Part shown: positions 1-55,894 of the stretch, piece by piece
Layout of the letters: every line of letters starts with the position of its first letter
How positions within the stretch are numbered: position 1 is the stretch's first letter
NCBI GenBank assembly: GCA_002269645.1
Contig: NIVC01000441.1
Location: 248,001-312,000 of the forward strand
Length of the DNA stretch: 64,000 bases
Reading direction: 5' to 3'
From: Macrostomum lignano
Lineage: Eukaryota
Position numbers and translations under genes: made by a program
The notes under the pieces: model-generated
The model's database searches: none
What the model was told of the DNA's origin: nothing
Seen by the model: the letters and a program-made list of their open reading frames with translations, nothing else

Positions 1-594
1 CGCGGAGTGGGGTGGGTGTGTTTGACTATCCTCTTTGTCCCGCGCTGTTTTTGCGATGCACAAGCATTCAACTTCTCTGCAATTGAGTGCCTGAACACTC
101 GAGACACAGTGTATATTTTTTTATATTTCACTATTTTCTGACATTAGTTAAAACTTGTGATTTATTCCTTTTGGTCGGCTTCTAGATTCTGCAAAAGATG
201 AATAGGTCACTGACTCACTATATCTACAATTTATTCTTGTCCATAGTCAAAGTGCGCATTAATTTCAAGAATTAGCGTTTATCTAGATTTTGTTACAAAG
301 ATTTGTACATCTCGTATAACTAATTCAATTGTGATAAAGGCATCTTGAATTTCCTATATTTATCGCGCACTAAAAATCCGAGGCTGCCTCGGCTGACTGA
401 CGAGTTCGCGTAATTTTATGCTACTTTTACAATACTGCTTAGGCAAACAAACTAGATTTAAATTGATTCACGCATTCGTAATTAGCTGGTAGCCTGTGTC
501 TGACACGCAGCATATTTGTCCCACTTTAGTTATAACTGTGCAAATTCTCTTAGCAATATGGGACTGAAGGAAAGCGGATAAATAAACACATTTT

Positions 595-1160
595 CGGCTG
601 CAGTACCGCAACTGACACACTGCAGTCCCAGCTACCCTCCCAGCTGCAGTACCGCAACTGACACAGCAGTCCCAGCTACCTTCCCAGCTGCAGTACCGCA
701 ACTGACACACAGCAGTCCCAGCTACCCTCCCAGCTGCAGTACCGCAACTGACACACAGCAGTCCCAGCTACCTTCCCAGCTGCAGTACCGCAACTGACAC
801 AGCACTCCCAGCTACCCTCCCAGCTGCAGTACCGCAACTGACACACTGCAGTCCCAGCTACCCTCCCAGCTGCAGTACCGCAACTGACACAGCAGTCCCA
901 GCTACCTTCCCAGCTGCAGTACCGCAACTGACACACAGCAGTCCCAGCTACCCTCCCAGCTGCAGCACCGCAACTGACACAGCAGTCCCAGCTACCTTCC
1001 CAGCTGCAGTACCGCAACTGACACACAGCAGTCCCAGCTACCCTCCCAGCTGCAGTACCGCAACTGACACACTGCAGTCCCAGCTACCTTCCCAGCTGCA
1101 ATACCGCAACTGACACAGCAGTCCCAGCTACCCTCCCAGCTGCAGTACCGCAAATGACAC
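595..1160. repeat. Minisatellite, about 43-45 bp unit
   Basis: Tandem CAGCTGCAGTACCGCAACTGACACA(CA)GCAGTCCCAGCTACC(C/T)TCC. Confidence 0.95.
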
Positions 1161-2264
1161 GCTGACACAACAAGATGATTGAGCTGAAGCAAAGTTCGCT
1201 GTGCAATTCAGAAAACTGTTATGCATTAATCTATTTTAAATTTTGTTGATTAACACGCCTCACTTGGCCCCTGTTGTGCCCCAACTTCACTAGTCAGTTA
1301 TTTTAGTCAAGTTTAATGCTGCAGTATTTCTCCGCATGTACAAATCTGATACTATAAAAGATATTTTCAAGCTGCCGGCATTCACTGTTTTATGCATATT
1401 AAATGCGATTAAATATTGAATAATTAGCCTTTTTTACTATTCTGTAAACCGCAATTGGTGTCTGTGTATTCCTCTCCTATTTAGCTAATAAACGTGTTGT
1501 TGTCGCAGCAGTGCGCATAGAGTCATACTTTTAATTCTGAATCTCTTTCTAATCTGGCTGCTATGACCTGCTAGTCCCTATGACCTGGATTATCATGTAC
1601 ATATAAAGAATGCTATTTTTCATTATCTATTGCATCCATACTATACTCTAGTTATCCATCTATCTATGCCTACACTTGTGTCTGGTTTGTTTTGCCTTCA
1701 TATTTTTAAATAAGAACAATTCACCGAATAAGAACAGCACTCACTGCTTTTTGTTCTGCGACCATCCCTCCGCCAGCCCCCAGCCCCCTCTGCTGGCACG
1801 CAACATACTCTTGAATAATTAATGAAATCGAGACTCGAATCGTTTTAATTAAAATAGCCCGTATTATCCGGCATGTATTGCTAACTAATTAGGTTATTAA
1901 TATTTCATTACCACTACTTGCTGCTCTGTTCGTATTAACTGCAGTTTGTGATTTCTAATTTTATTTGGCAACACAAAAAACTAACAGCTAGTTTCCTGGC
2001 TGTACAAGCAGGTATAAATGTATTGATTAATAAATATATGCGCATAATTATCCGTAACAAGGCGAGTTTGCGAACATTTTCGATGTCTAAAAATAGCATT
2101 ATAATTCAACTATACTTTTAGTTTCTGCTAAGTTATTTTTTCATTTTCGTTCTCCATTTCTGGCAATTCTGGCAAGTAACTTGCACCTGTTCCTTTCTCT
2201 TTAGTATATTTTCTCTAGACTTTTCTCATTTTATGAGAAAGCACTATTTAACGTATGTGAGAAA

Positions 2265-2670
2265 GCACCAAGGGGCGCCAGCACCAAGGGGCGCCAGCAC
2301 CAAGGGGCGCCAGCACCAAGGGGCGCCAGCACCAAGGGGCGCCAGCACCAAGGGGCGCCAGCACCAAGGGGCGCCAGCACCAAGGGGCGCCAGCACCAAG
2401 GGGCGCCAGCACCAAGGGGCGCCAGCACCAAGGGGCGCCAGCACCAAGGGGCGCCAGCACCAAGGGGCGCCAGCACCAAGGGGCGCCAGCACCAAGGGGC
2501 GCCAGCACCAAGGGGCGCCAGCACCAAGGGGCGCCAGCACCAAGGGGCGCCAGCACCAAGGGGCGCCAGCACCAAGGGGCGCCAGCACCAAGGGGCGCCA
2601 GCACCAAGGGGCGCCAGCACCAAGGGGCGCCAGCACCAAGGGGCGCCAGCACCAAGGGGCGCCAGCACCA
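2265..2670. repeat. Minisatellite, 16 bp, near-perfect
   Basis: (CAAGGGGCGCCAGCAC)n, about 25 copies. Confidence 0.97.
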
Positions 2671-5394
2671 AGCAAGGATTTACCACAGACAGTCTCTCGG
2701 CGAGTGAAAAATATCGCGCCCGCCCGATGGCTTTGCACTGCGGAGCCAATAGGGTTTTGGCCATAGACATTCTCAGCGGACGGGCTGCCATGTTCATTTC
2801 CAATCGAGGCCCGCTACTATAGAGACTGAAAGCGCTGAAAGCACTAAAATAAAAAAGCCGAATAATAAAGTAAATCGCCAGGCACCCAGGCCGATCGGAG
2901 TGGCATCAATCAGCCTTGCTGCTCAAGCCGCCGGAGTTGATGGAGGGGCCAGTAGGGAGAAGAAGAAAGTCGGAGTCGGAGAGGCTGCTGCTAAAGGGGA
3001 GACTGGGAGAACGATTGGAGGGAACACACAGACACACACAGAGAGAGTGGGGAGATGGCGCTCTATTTTTATCCCATTTATTTGCATCTGACGTCAGGAA
3101 CTGCCGAGGAGGCCGAGCCGGGTCTGGGAGGAGGGAAAGGGCTGGGAGGACACTGGGGGGGGGGGGGGGCAGAACAGTTTATTTATCGACGCGGTCAATG
3201 CCGAATAAATTTGCGACCGTGCACGGTGCAAGGCAGTAGACAAGAGGGCGGGCGGCGCGGGCTGCACTTGAAGTAGGGCAGCCGGCGTGCCGTCAAATAC
3301 CATTCGCTGGCCCGCCGAAAAAAGGCTTTTTTAAAGAATTATTTTTGTTAATCTGAACCGCTTTCATCCTCTTGTCGGAATGAATGCATATTTCTTGAGT
3401 ACTAAGTGGCTATGAGATGGGTTGGGGCGGGGCTGTCGCAGATAGAGCTTGCTCCCGCAGCACAGGCTGTCCCCTTTTCTTGATTGTGTGTTTCTCGCAT
3501 ATCGGCGGGAAGGGAGGAAGACTGAGGAAACGCAATACACGGGAGCGGAGATCAGTGCAGGGTGACAGTGGCAGCTTCAGAGGGTCGCTCGAGTTGAGCC
3601 GTAGCGGACATGTTAAGGAGGCGGGCAGCAGCAGACAGGCAGCGTAGCGGCAGCGGTGGGTTGGGGAGGCCTCGGAGACTGGGGGAAAATAGGAGGACTC
3701 GAGAGGCGTACAGGTCCGACCTGGGACTGCCGGAGGATCCGATCTGCACTTGCTGAGAGACAGTGAGATGGGGATCGGGGAGAGAGGGAGGAGAAAGGGA
3801 AAGCTACCCCCCCCCCTCGTGGCAGGCACTGCCTCTCTCTGTCTTCCCCATGCCTTCAGCCTCATTTTCCCCTTTTCCCCCCGAGCTCAGCTCAGGGAAA
3901 GGGAAAGAGGGTTGACGTGATGGACGTGATGGTTCCTCTCCGCCTCCTCCCCCCAGCTCTGCTCCTTCCTAAGCAGCACTCCTGGCTCGCTCCGCTCAGC
4001 GGCGTCTTGCTACGACGGTCGCAGAGCCAACGTTCTGCAGTCTGAATACTTTTGTTTGGCGCAGAAGTCTATCGCGGATAGATATGCAACCCGTACACAG
4101 CCCCCGACTGATACGATTTTTTTGCATTTCTCATGCACGATTCTACTGATAGTAGCTATGCCTCAAAGTGTTCACATTAGATAGATATGTATCTCCCCTC
4201 GCTGCTATACCTCAAAGTGTTCACATTAGATAGATATGTATCTCCCCTCGCTACCCTCGACTTTCTGCCATCTCCTCCCCCTGCTGCCCTCTGCCCTCTC
4301 CTTCTCCCGCTACCCTTTGTTATCTCCTTGCCCCTTAGCAAGCAATAACTGAGAAGGGCGGGCAGCAGGCGCAGCCGTGATTCTGATAGCATGGAACACT
4401 GAACTAAGCTGTTTTATTTGAAACAATACGCGAAACACAAAGCGTGACAGTCCAGACAGAATGCAGCTGTTATATTAATTTGATATTCCAGCAATAAACA
4501 ACAATAGCCAAAAGACAGAAAATGTTTGTAATAAATAAATCGCAGCTGACAAAACTGGAGATAAACAGTAATAAATGAATAAAAAATGATCTGCTTACAT
4601 GACAGGCGATTACAAGATGATAAACAAGGTCAGTCAATTAGGCACAACAAATACTTGGACTCGCAATAGAAAGTTGTACAGAAACAATTATAAGGAAAGT
4701 TAGACAGAGGCAAAGAGAAACTCCACAACTCAGTAGGGAGAGTAAAATATCAGCTGCAATAAGCGCGCAGCCTACTCATAGTAGAGCGGTAAACAGTTTC
4801 GAGAGAAAAAGCACACAAACTTGACTAGGCCTCGAGTTGAAGAAATCGCGCTGAAAAAAACATTGTGCCCATTAATTGATTCGACATAAAAATAAAGCAA
4901 GCTTATAAATTGTAAATAGCGGACATGCAGCCTAAATTTGATATAAATATATAGTTAGGAAAAGACGTTCTAATTTCAATAAAAATAACCTGATTTATTG
5001 TGCAATTATCACCGCTGCTACGCTGCAGCCTTGTGCATGCATACAGATTAGCGTAACAAATTAACTGTGTCATAATAACACCTGTTTTCATACTAAACTT
5101 CACCACCTGGAACGCGAATAGACAGCCTTAGTCTGAGTAAATTTCTACAATAGAAAATAATTAGAAAAGGAACAAAAATGGTGCGCAGCTTTGATACAGA
5201 TTTGACCAAGACTCAGTCTCTGGGTCAGCTAGATAGAACACTGCGCGTGCAGCGTCGGCCCAAGCCTTCAAGTGTTGAGGGGGCTTTTCTCTATGAACAC
5301 CGACTTTGAGAAGTTGAACAAATCTTATGAGAAGCTTATGTAAGTTTATGAGTTATTTGGGTTGGGCCCGAGCCGTCTGGTGTGTTGCTTTGCC

Positions 5395-6620
5395 TTTCCT
5401 GGTGTGGGTTTTCATGGTGTGGGTTTTTCTGGAGTGGGTTTTCCTGGTGTGGGTTTTTCGGGAGTGGGTTTTCCTGGAGTGGGTTTTCCTGGTGTGGGTT
5501 TTCCTGGAGTAGGTTTTCCTGGAGTGGGTTTTCCTGGTGTGGGTTTTTCTGGAGTAGGTTTTCCTGGTGTGGGTTTTCCTGGAGTGGGTTTTCCTGGTGT
5601 GGGTTTTCCTGGTGTGGGTTTTTCTGGAGTAGGTTTTCCTGGTGTGGGTTTTCCTGGAGTGGGTTTTCCTGGTGTGGGTTTTCCTGGTGTGGGTTTTTCT
5701 GGAGTAGGTTTTCCTGGTGTGGGTTTTCCTGGAGTGGGTTTTCCTGGTGTGGGTTTTCCTGGTGTGGGTTTTCCTGGAGTGGGTTTTCCTGGAGTGGGTT
5801 TTCCTGGTGTGGGTTTTCCTGGAGTGGGTTTTCCTGGTGTGGGTTTTCCTGGAGTGGGTTTTCCTGGTGTGGGTTTTTCTGGAGTGGGTTTTCCTGGAGT
5901 GGGTTTTCCTGGTGTGGGTTTTTCTGGAGTGGGTTTTCCTGGTGTGGGTTTTCCTGGTGTGGGTTTTCATGGTGTGAGTTTTTCTGGAGTGGGTTTTCCT
6001 GGTGTGGGTTTTTCTGGTGTGGGTTTTCATGGTGTGGGTTTTTCTGGAGTGGGTTTTCCTGGTGTGGGTTTTTCTGGTGTGGGTTTTCCTGGAGTGGGTT
6101 TTTCTGGAGTGGGTTTTTTCTGGAGTGGGTTTTCCTGGTGTGGGTTTTCCTGGTGTGGGTTTTCATGGTGTGGGTTTTCTTAGTGTGGGTTTTCCTGGTG
6201 TGCGGTTTCCTGGTGTGGGTTTTCCTGGTGTGGGTTTTCTTAGTGTGGGTTTTCCTGGTGTACGGTTTCTTGGTGTAGGTTTTCTTGGTGTGGGTTTAAT
6301 CGTGTGAGATTTATGGGTGTGGGGTTTCCTGAAGTCCTGGTCTGGGTTTTCTTGGTGTGGGGTTTAATGGTGGGATTTCCTGGTGTGGGGTCTAATGGTG
6401 TGGGGTTTAATGGTGGGATTTCCTGGTGTGGGGTTTAATGGTGTGGGATTTCCTGGTGTGGGGTTTAATGGTGTGGGATTTCCTGGTGTGGGGTTTAATG
6501 GTGTGGGATTTCCTGGTGTGGGGTTTAATGGTGTGGGGTTTAATGGTGTGGGGTTTAATGGTGTGGGGTTTATTGGTGTGGGGTTCAATGGTGTGGGGTT
6601 TAATGGTGTGGGGTTTTTGG
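5395..6620. repeat. Minisatellite, 15 bp, grading into a GGTGTGGGGTTTAAT variant
   Basis: (GG[T/A]GT[G/A]GGTTTT[C/T]CT)n. Confidence 0.95.
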
Positions 6621-7275
6621 TGTGCGGTTGAATGATGTGGATTTACATGTTGCGTAGTTAGTTGGTTTAATAAAGTGTCCTTACATTTCCTATGTGCTTC
6701 CATTGTTAAGAGGTTAAGCAAATTAAATTTTCGCAATGTATTGCTAGGAATAAAGGCTATATTGTAAACTTTGACAGTAAAAACCGACAGACGGACACAA
6801 ACACGGAATAAATGGTGCTTAGTCTCAAAATTTTTGTTTGCATAATTCGGTAAATAATTTATAGCGATTAAATTCGACAATATTGCCACATAGATAACAC
6901 GTATTGTATGTCAGGCGGGCAGGACACAAAAAAAGTAAATAGACGCGGATGCCCAATTCTCTGATAATCAATATAATTATTTGTTGGTCATTAAACTCGG
7001 CCATTAAAAGCTAATTAAGAGAAAATGAATGCCGACCGGACTGGAGGCGAAATTGGATTCTCTTCTTCGACTTCTTTCAAGTTGGCATTCAATGTTATTC
7101 TCTGATAGGTGCAAATCCACACGTCACATTTGTGTCACATGGCATGTAAACAGTAAAACTTATTTCAGTTCAGTGAGAAACGTTTAATAGAAGTATTTTA
7201 GTGTATATTAGGACAAGATCGGTTTATTGGCCCTCTTACACCCCTGGCTGAACCCCGCCCCAGATACTAGAATAA

Positions 7276-7697
7276 CTAGATGGGCCACTCAGCACATTTG
7301 CGTGCAAACTACTTTCAATTCAGTAGTATAGGTTAAACAGAAGCATTTTAATTTATTTTAAAGCCAAGGCTCATCTATTGGCTCTTACCTCTCAGCTTAA
7401 ACCCTCCAACTGCGCTTTTCCACACTACCCCCCCCGCAGGCCCGCACCCCAATTTTTATTGCCTTTCTCGGAATTCAGCCTAAAGCTACTTATGTACATT
7501 TCAGTGGACTGGCTAATGTAAATTACTGCTGAACCAATTAGCAAGTAGTTTACGCCAGCAAGCTTTGGCTTCTAAACTTATCAAAGTAAATTCAGCTGCC
7601 TTTATTTTTATTAAATAAGCTTATGCATTCTTTTTGCTACTGAACTGAAAGTAGAAAGCTGTTTTACTAAATTATAAATGCCTGAGTGGCCATCTAG
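7276..7697. mobile_element. Non-autonomous inverted-repeat element (MITE/Helitron-like), copy 1
   Basis: Ends CTAGATGGGCCACTCAG ... CTGAGTGGCCATCTAG are inverted repeats. Homologous to 43081-43494; a diverged partial copy follows at about 7770-8001. Confidence 0.7.
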
Positions 7698-8027
7698 TCA
7701 TTTTACTCGTAGTATCAGTGAGCCCCTCAGACCGCGTCTTTCGGCACAAAATCTCTTACCAAGCCTCAGACCACCCATTTTTATTGCCTTCCCCGGTATG
7801 TTCCAGCCTTGGCCCCGCCATCTACATTCTCAGTGGCTCTGGCTAATGTACATTGCGGCACGTACACCAATAATAGTAAATTGTTTACGCCTGCAAGTCA
7901 CTCCAAAACTGCCTTTCTTTTCATAAAAAAGCTTACGCATTCTTCACTGCTACTGAACTGAAAGTAGAGAAACTGCATCCATGCATGGAAATAGATTCTA
8001 GTGACAGACAAAATGCCCGCTTTGAGT

Positions 8028-40493
<32,466 letters not shown>

Positions 40494-41559
40494 TATTTAG
40501 GATAGTAGAAAATACTTTCGACAGTGCTAAATTGATTTTGAGAATATATATGCGATAACAAAAATCACAATTTTATAAGAAGCCAGACAGTATCTACTGT
40601 TCGCCAACTATCATACTATAAGGTAATAAGCATAAAACGACCTTTAAGCGTTGATCTATTACACAATTATACTTAAATACTCTCCCTGCAAAAACAGAAT
40701 TAAGAAAGCATGATAATCAGGAGCGCCTGATTCTTGTAATCTTTATACACTCAAAAACCACCATCGCGAAATCCCGTTCGATGGTTTTCGTTTTTAACGA
40801 CTATTGATTTTTATGAGCTGGATTCATCATTTGAGAACTATTGATGCGGAAATCTTGAACGTCCCAGTCGTTTACGTTTATATTTTCTACTGACCTGCAT
40901 TTGAAATATGCGCAGCAATATAGGCTGCTTGAATTAAAGGCTGCTTTGAACACTGCATATCTCCAAAACGTCATATATCCGATTCTTCATATCTCTGACA
41001 TGTTAACCCTAATCCTATACTCTAACCCTAACCCTAACGGAGGTATGAAGTGTCAGAAATATGGAGTCTCAGAGATATGAAACTCCCCCCGTGGCGCCGA
41101 CGCAGATAAGACTAGAGAGGGATGCATTGGTACAGTCTAGCACGGACCTGTGTAATAAGTACTATAAGTACAGTACCTAGGCTAGGGGTCCAAGCATTAT
41201 ACTTTTCAAATTAACTGTCAACAACAGAACGTCTGATGGCCCCGGCCTATAGTTGCCAAAGCATACAATTTGTCACAATGGCAATGCCACAGTCGGCATG
41301 ACACAGCTGAGCTCAGCTAATTAAGTAGCACTCTCTCAGCTGTACCAGTCTGAAACCAGCCTGGTCGACTCCGCCGTGGCCAAGGCCAAGGCAGGTAAAC
41401 TAAATCAGAAGATCTTTGCTCAACTGGCGAGGGCGACTCTGTGGTGCGGCCAGGCGCCCATGCCACCAGTACCTGCTATTTCAGCTATGGATCGCCTATC
41501 AGAGTGACGCCGGGGACCACGAGGCCAATCTCCATCTGGCCCCAGCTGTACCAGGTGGC

Positions 41560-42640
41560 CGCCTCAGACTCGGCACGATGAACTGTCGAACTCTGAAGGC
41601 CCCCTGGCGTCGCATCATTCTCGTCCAGCTGGCGATCACGGCCTACAGCTGGACCTCATCATGCTGTGCGAGGTTTCTATCGTGGCTGAGCCGGGGCTCC
41701 ACTCTGTGGACCTCGGACCCGGCTAGAGCCTCCAGCTGTACACGTCGGCAGACGACCGCGGCCGGGGCGGTGTCAGCGTACTGGTCGGACCGCGCCTTCG
41801 ACAGAACGTGCACTGCACTTCGCTGTCCCCGCGACTGATGCGCGGGGTCGACCTGCGCCTGCTGCATCCGGCTGTTCTGCGCGTATGCACCCGCCGCTGC
41901 TCAACCCAAGGAGGCTCGTGCCTTCGACTACCTGGCTGGGCAGCTAGAAGAAGTGCCAACCGAGACACGCTGGCGGTGCTCTGAAACCTGAACGCAGTTC
42001 CGTGGAGGTCCGAGCGCTCGCTCTTTGTCGCGGGACGCGAGAACGCCAACATGCCTCGCCCTGCCCCGCCCTGACTCCACAACGCTGCCGCCTCTGGGGC
42101 CAAGCCCGGAGCCCGCGGCAGTTTTCGAGAACTGCGTCGCGGTGTTGAACTTCCTCGGGAAGGCGGGCGCCGTCTGACGCCCGGTGTTATGGGCCCTGGC
42201 CCGAGCGCGCCCGAAGAAGAAGAAGAAGAAGAAGAAGAACGCCAACACCGATGCGCTGGAGGATCTGCTTGACCGGCTGGACTTGGTGTCCACGAACACC
42301 CAGTTCCACAAGCTCCCTACCCGCCTGGTCACCTTTGCGGGCTGCAAGAGATGGCGACGGAACGCACGCGGGCGAAATGCCACGAGGAGACTGGTGCAAC
42401 TCGATCATACGCTGGTTGGTACTCGCGAGCGCCGCCGAGACACCAACTGCGACACGGCTCCGCTGGCTCTCCGGTCAGACCACCGACTCCTGATCTGCGA
42501 CTTGCGGCTTCACGACCAGCTCTATCGACCACCAAAGCAGCGGTCACGGCGCTACTATCGCGCTCTGTTGGACACCCGCGTGAAGCGTCAATTCGCGGGC
42601 GCCTTCGTCAGCACGCTTGGAGACAGCGCGAGGCGGAATC
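41560..42640 (+). mobile_element. Degenerate non-LTR retrotransposon (RTE/CR1-like) AP-endonuclease fragment
   Basis: LRLGTMNCRTL (APE motif I), DLIMLCEV, GRGGVSVLVGPRL, a decayed DLNA-like motif, QLDHTLV and LRSDHRLLICDLRL. Contains stops and frameshifts; no RT domain seen. Confidence 0.75.
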
Positions 42641-43080
42641 TTACATTCCTACCTGCTATGCTAATGATAGTATTCGTACATATAGGCTACGCCTCTGCCA
42701 TTTCCCACATATTGCTGCCGTCCCTTTGCCACCCCCCCCTGGCCACGCCACGGGTTTTCCAGGCCGGCCCATTCCAGTTGTTGACACAGCTATGCTAAAG
42801 CTAACACACTCAATGGTTAACAACAGTAATAAATTTAAAATAAAAAAACGAGTATGGCATAGGGAATAGTTGAGCGGGTGTGCGGGTACTCACTATGTAT
42901 TTAATAAAGGGCTACATTTATTTATTTTTAGTTTTTAAAAACTTATTGCACGAGCATATTATGGGGATTTCCGAAAAATTGTTGAATAAATTCATCAAAG
43001 TCCGCAGCATAACAACCTATCAATTATAGCTAACTCCTAATTTTCTATACGTTATTAGCAGACCACAGATTCTAGAATTA

Positions 43081-43494
43081 CTAGATGGGCCATTCAGCAA
43101 ATTTGCTTGTAAACTACTTTCAGTTCAGTAGCAGGTTAAACAGGCATTTAAATGTATTTTTAAAGCCGCTTATTTATTGGCTCTTACCCTCCAGCCTTTA
43201 ACCCTTTCGCGCTTTTCCACACTACCCCCCCCCGCCCGCCGTAATTTTTATTTGTCTTTCTCGGAATTCCAGCCTAAAGCTACTATGTACATTTCAGAGG
43301 ACTGGCTCATGTACATTATGGCTGAACCAATTAGCAAGTTGTTTACGCCTGCAAGCTTGGGCTTCTAAACTTATCAAAGTCATTTCAGCTGCCTTATTTA
43401 TAAAATATCTTATGTATTCTTCTTTGCTACTGAAATTATAGCACGAGCTAGAAAGCTGCTTTACGAAGTATATGTGCCCGAGGGGCCTATCTAG
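43081..43494. mobile_element. Non-autonomous inverted-repeat element, copy 2
   Basis: Colinear similarity to 7276-7697; starts CTAGATGGGCC and ends GGCCTATCTAG. Confidence 0.7.
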
Positions 43495-44288
43495 TTCCTT
43501 TAGAATCTGTGCAACAGACAGGGTAGCGCATAAAATCATTTAATTACTACTATTATTATTATTTTATTTTTTATTACCAGAAAAGCGAACGAAGGAGACA
43601 GAAAGAGAGAATTGGGTTTTATAATAATGACAGCTTTCTGTAATTAAATATCAGGTTGAAAAACTAGCCGATGCTCTCACCTGTACATACTGTCATGCCA
43701 AGGAAAGATTTTGCCTGCTAATTATCCTGTAATAAGTTCAAAGGTTTTAAACTAATACTGCGCTCGAGTCTGACAAGAGAATTATGAAACTACGAGATTT
43801 ACTAAGAACATCTCGATCGAGGTCTACTGTAAGTAGTTGACCTGCGATTTATGACTAAAAATTAAAATAAGCTGGTAAGTAGCCATGGCAGTCACGGAGA
43901 CCCCTGTGAGGCACAAAAAATGAATAAGCGAATTTTGAGACTTCAATAGGGAAATAGTAACGCAGGGCTATCTATAGAGAACCAGAAAAAATTCTAAACT
44001 CGATTTGTATAGTGACTACAAGAGTGCTGTGAGCAAGCGATGACTGATTCTGTTGGTCTCAGAAAAAACCTTTAACAAAAAACAGCAAATAAAATGACAG
44101 ATGAAGGCGCCCATGTAGCTTCTTTTAATTCACTAATTGAGTCTAAAACATCAGACTAAAGTAACTCATTGAGTTGTTAATTTCGGAACCATATTTTATC
44201 AGTGAAGCCGGACACGAAGTCTGTTGCCGAGGCCTGGTTTGGTCAGTTTTGAACGAAAGCTGTTGCAGCGAATTGTGCCAGGTGCTGA

Positions 44289-54810
<10,522 letters not shown>

Positions 54811-55894
54811 CCTTCGCTAATGCGGATCGGTCCTGCACTCGCTTCTGCTACTACCGTAATTCTTGTCTGGATTCTCTCTTGATTCTGGTCGGCGCTTCAC
54901 TTTCTTTCTCCGGCAGATTCGGATTGCGCGTTCAAAACGAATCTCGGCTGCCGGCTTGATAAGTCGGCCTTTTTTAACCTCGGCGCAAGCGCGGGATCGT
55001 GTCTGTCGAGGGGAGGGGGCGGGGGGGGGTTTGCGCTCGTTGGCCCCGGGTCGATGGCGCGCGGAGGCAGCTGGGGAGAGGCTAACGGACAATTTCGAAA
55101 TCTCGTTTTTTAAGAGTGCGCGCTTGCTTGGGGTTCAAGGCAGAGAGGGGTTCGGGCCCCGCCTATCATCTGCGTGCGTACCTTTTGCGCCAGCTGAACG
55201 GACAGGAAAACTGGGTGCTTCTAATAGAGCCTTGGGCTGGGGCTGGCATGGCTAGGCAGTCAATACTTGGATGCTGAAGCACTCCACTGCGTCCTTCTCC
55301 GCCCTCCTGAACCTTCCGATTCCATCCCCCCCCGACGTTGAAATGCCACGCGTCCAGTCCGAGCCAGGGGTAGCCGGGTGCAGTGGACGGGCGGCTTCAC
55401 TACAGAAGCTGACCAGCGTGACCTTCTGGCCGCCGCACCGCACGGTCACAGCTCTTGCCCGATATTTTCACTTCCACCAGCAGCTGGAGAGCCATGCGCG
55501 CTGCCCCTAGAGGCAGAAATTAGAGGAAACAAAAGTTGCTGACGTCAGAGAATATAGCCAGCCAACTGTGTCACGAAGGGATGTGGAACCGGCCTAGTAT
55601 ATGTATCCAAAGCTATATATAGATTGAGTTGAAGCAATATAAACAGAAGCGGCGGTTGCGATGGGCGTGCTGGCATCACTCGCTTTTGCAGCACAGTGGC
55701 GCACTTTTATATTCGAGATGAAATCTTGCACACTTTCACTAACGCCCTGAGTCTTGTATAGTGTGCAAAACACACTGATCATTGGCACTTTGATGCCCTG
55801 TCAGATGCTGCACGGCACAGGCTTGCATTCCTGAACATTTTCAATTCGAGAAATGCCAACGTTTTCTTATCCGAAAGCGTGGAAAATGTATTGT

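Noticed and set aside
5178-5309. Short + strand ORF MVRSFDTDLTK…
   Set aside because: It is about 43 aa, has no recognisable homology and has no consistent splice partner.
41015-41040. True interstitial telomere
   Set aside because: There are only about 3 CCCTAA-like units, inside a small foldback element.
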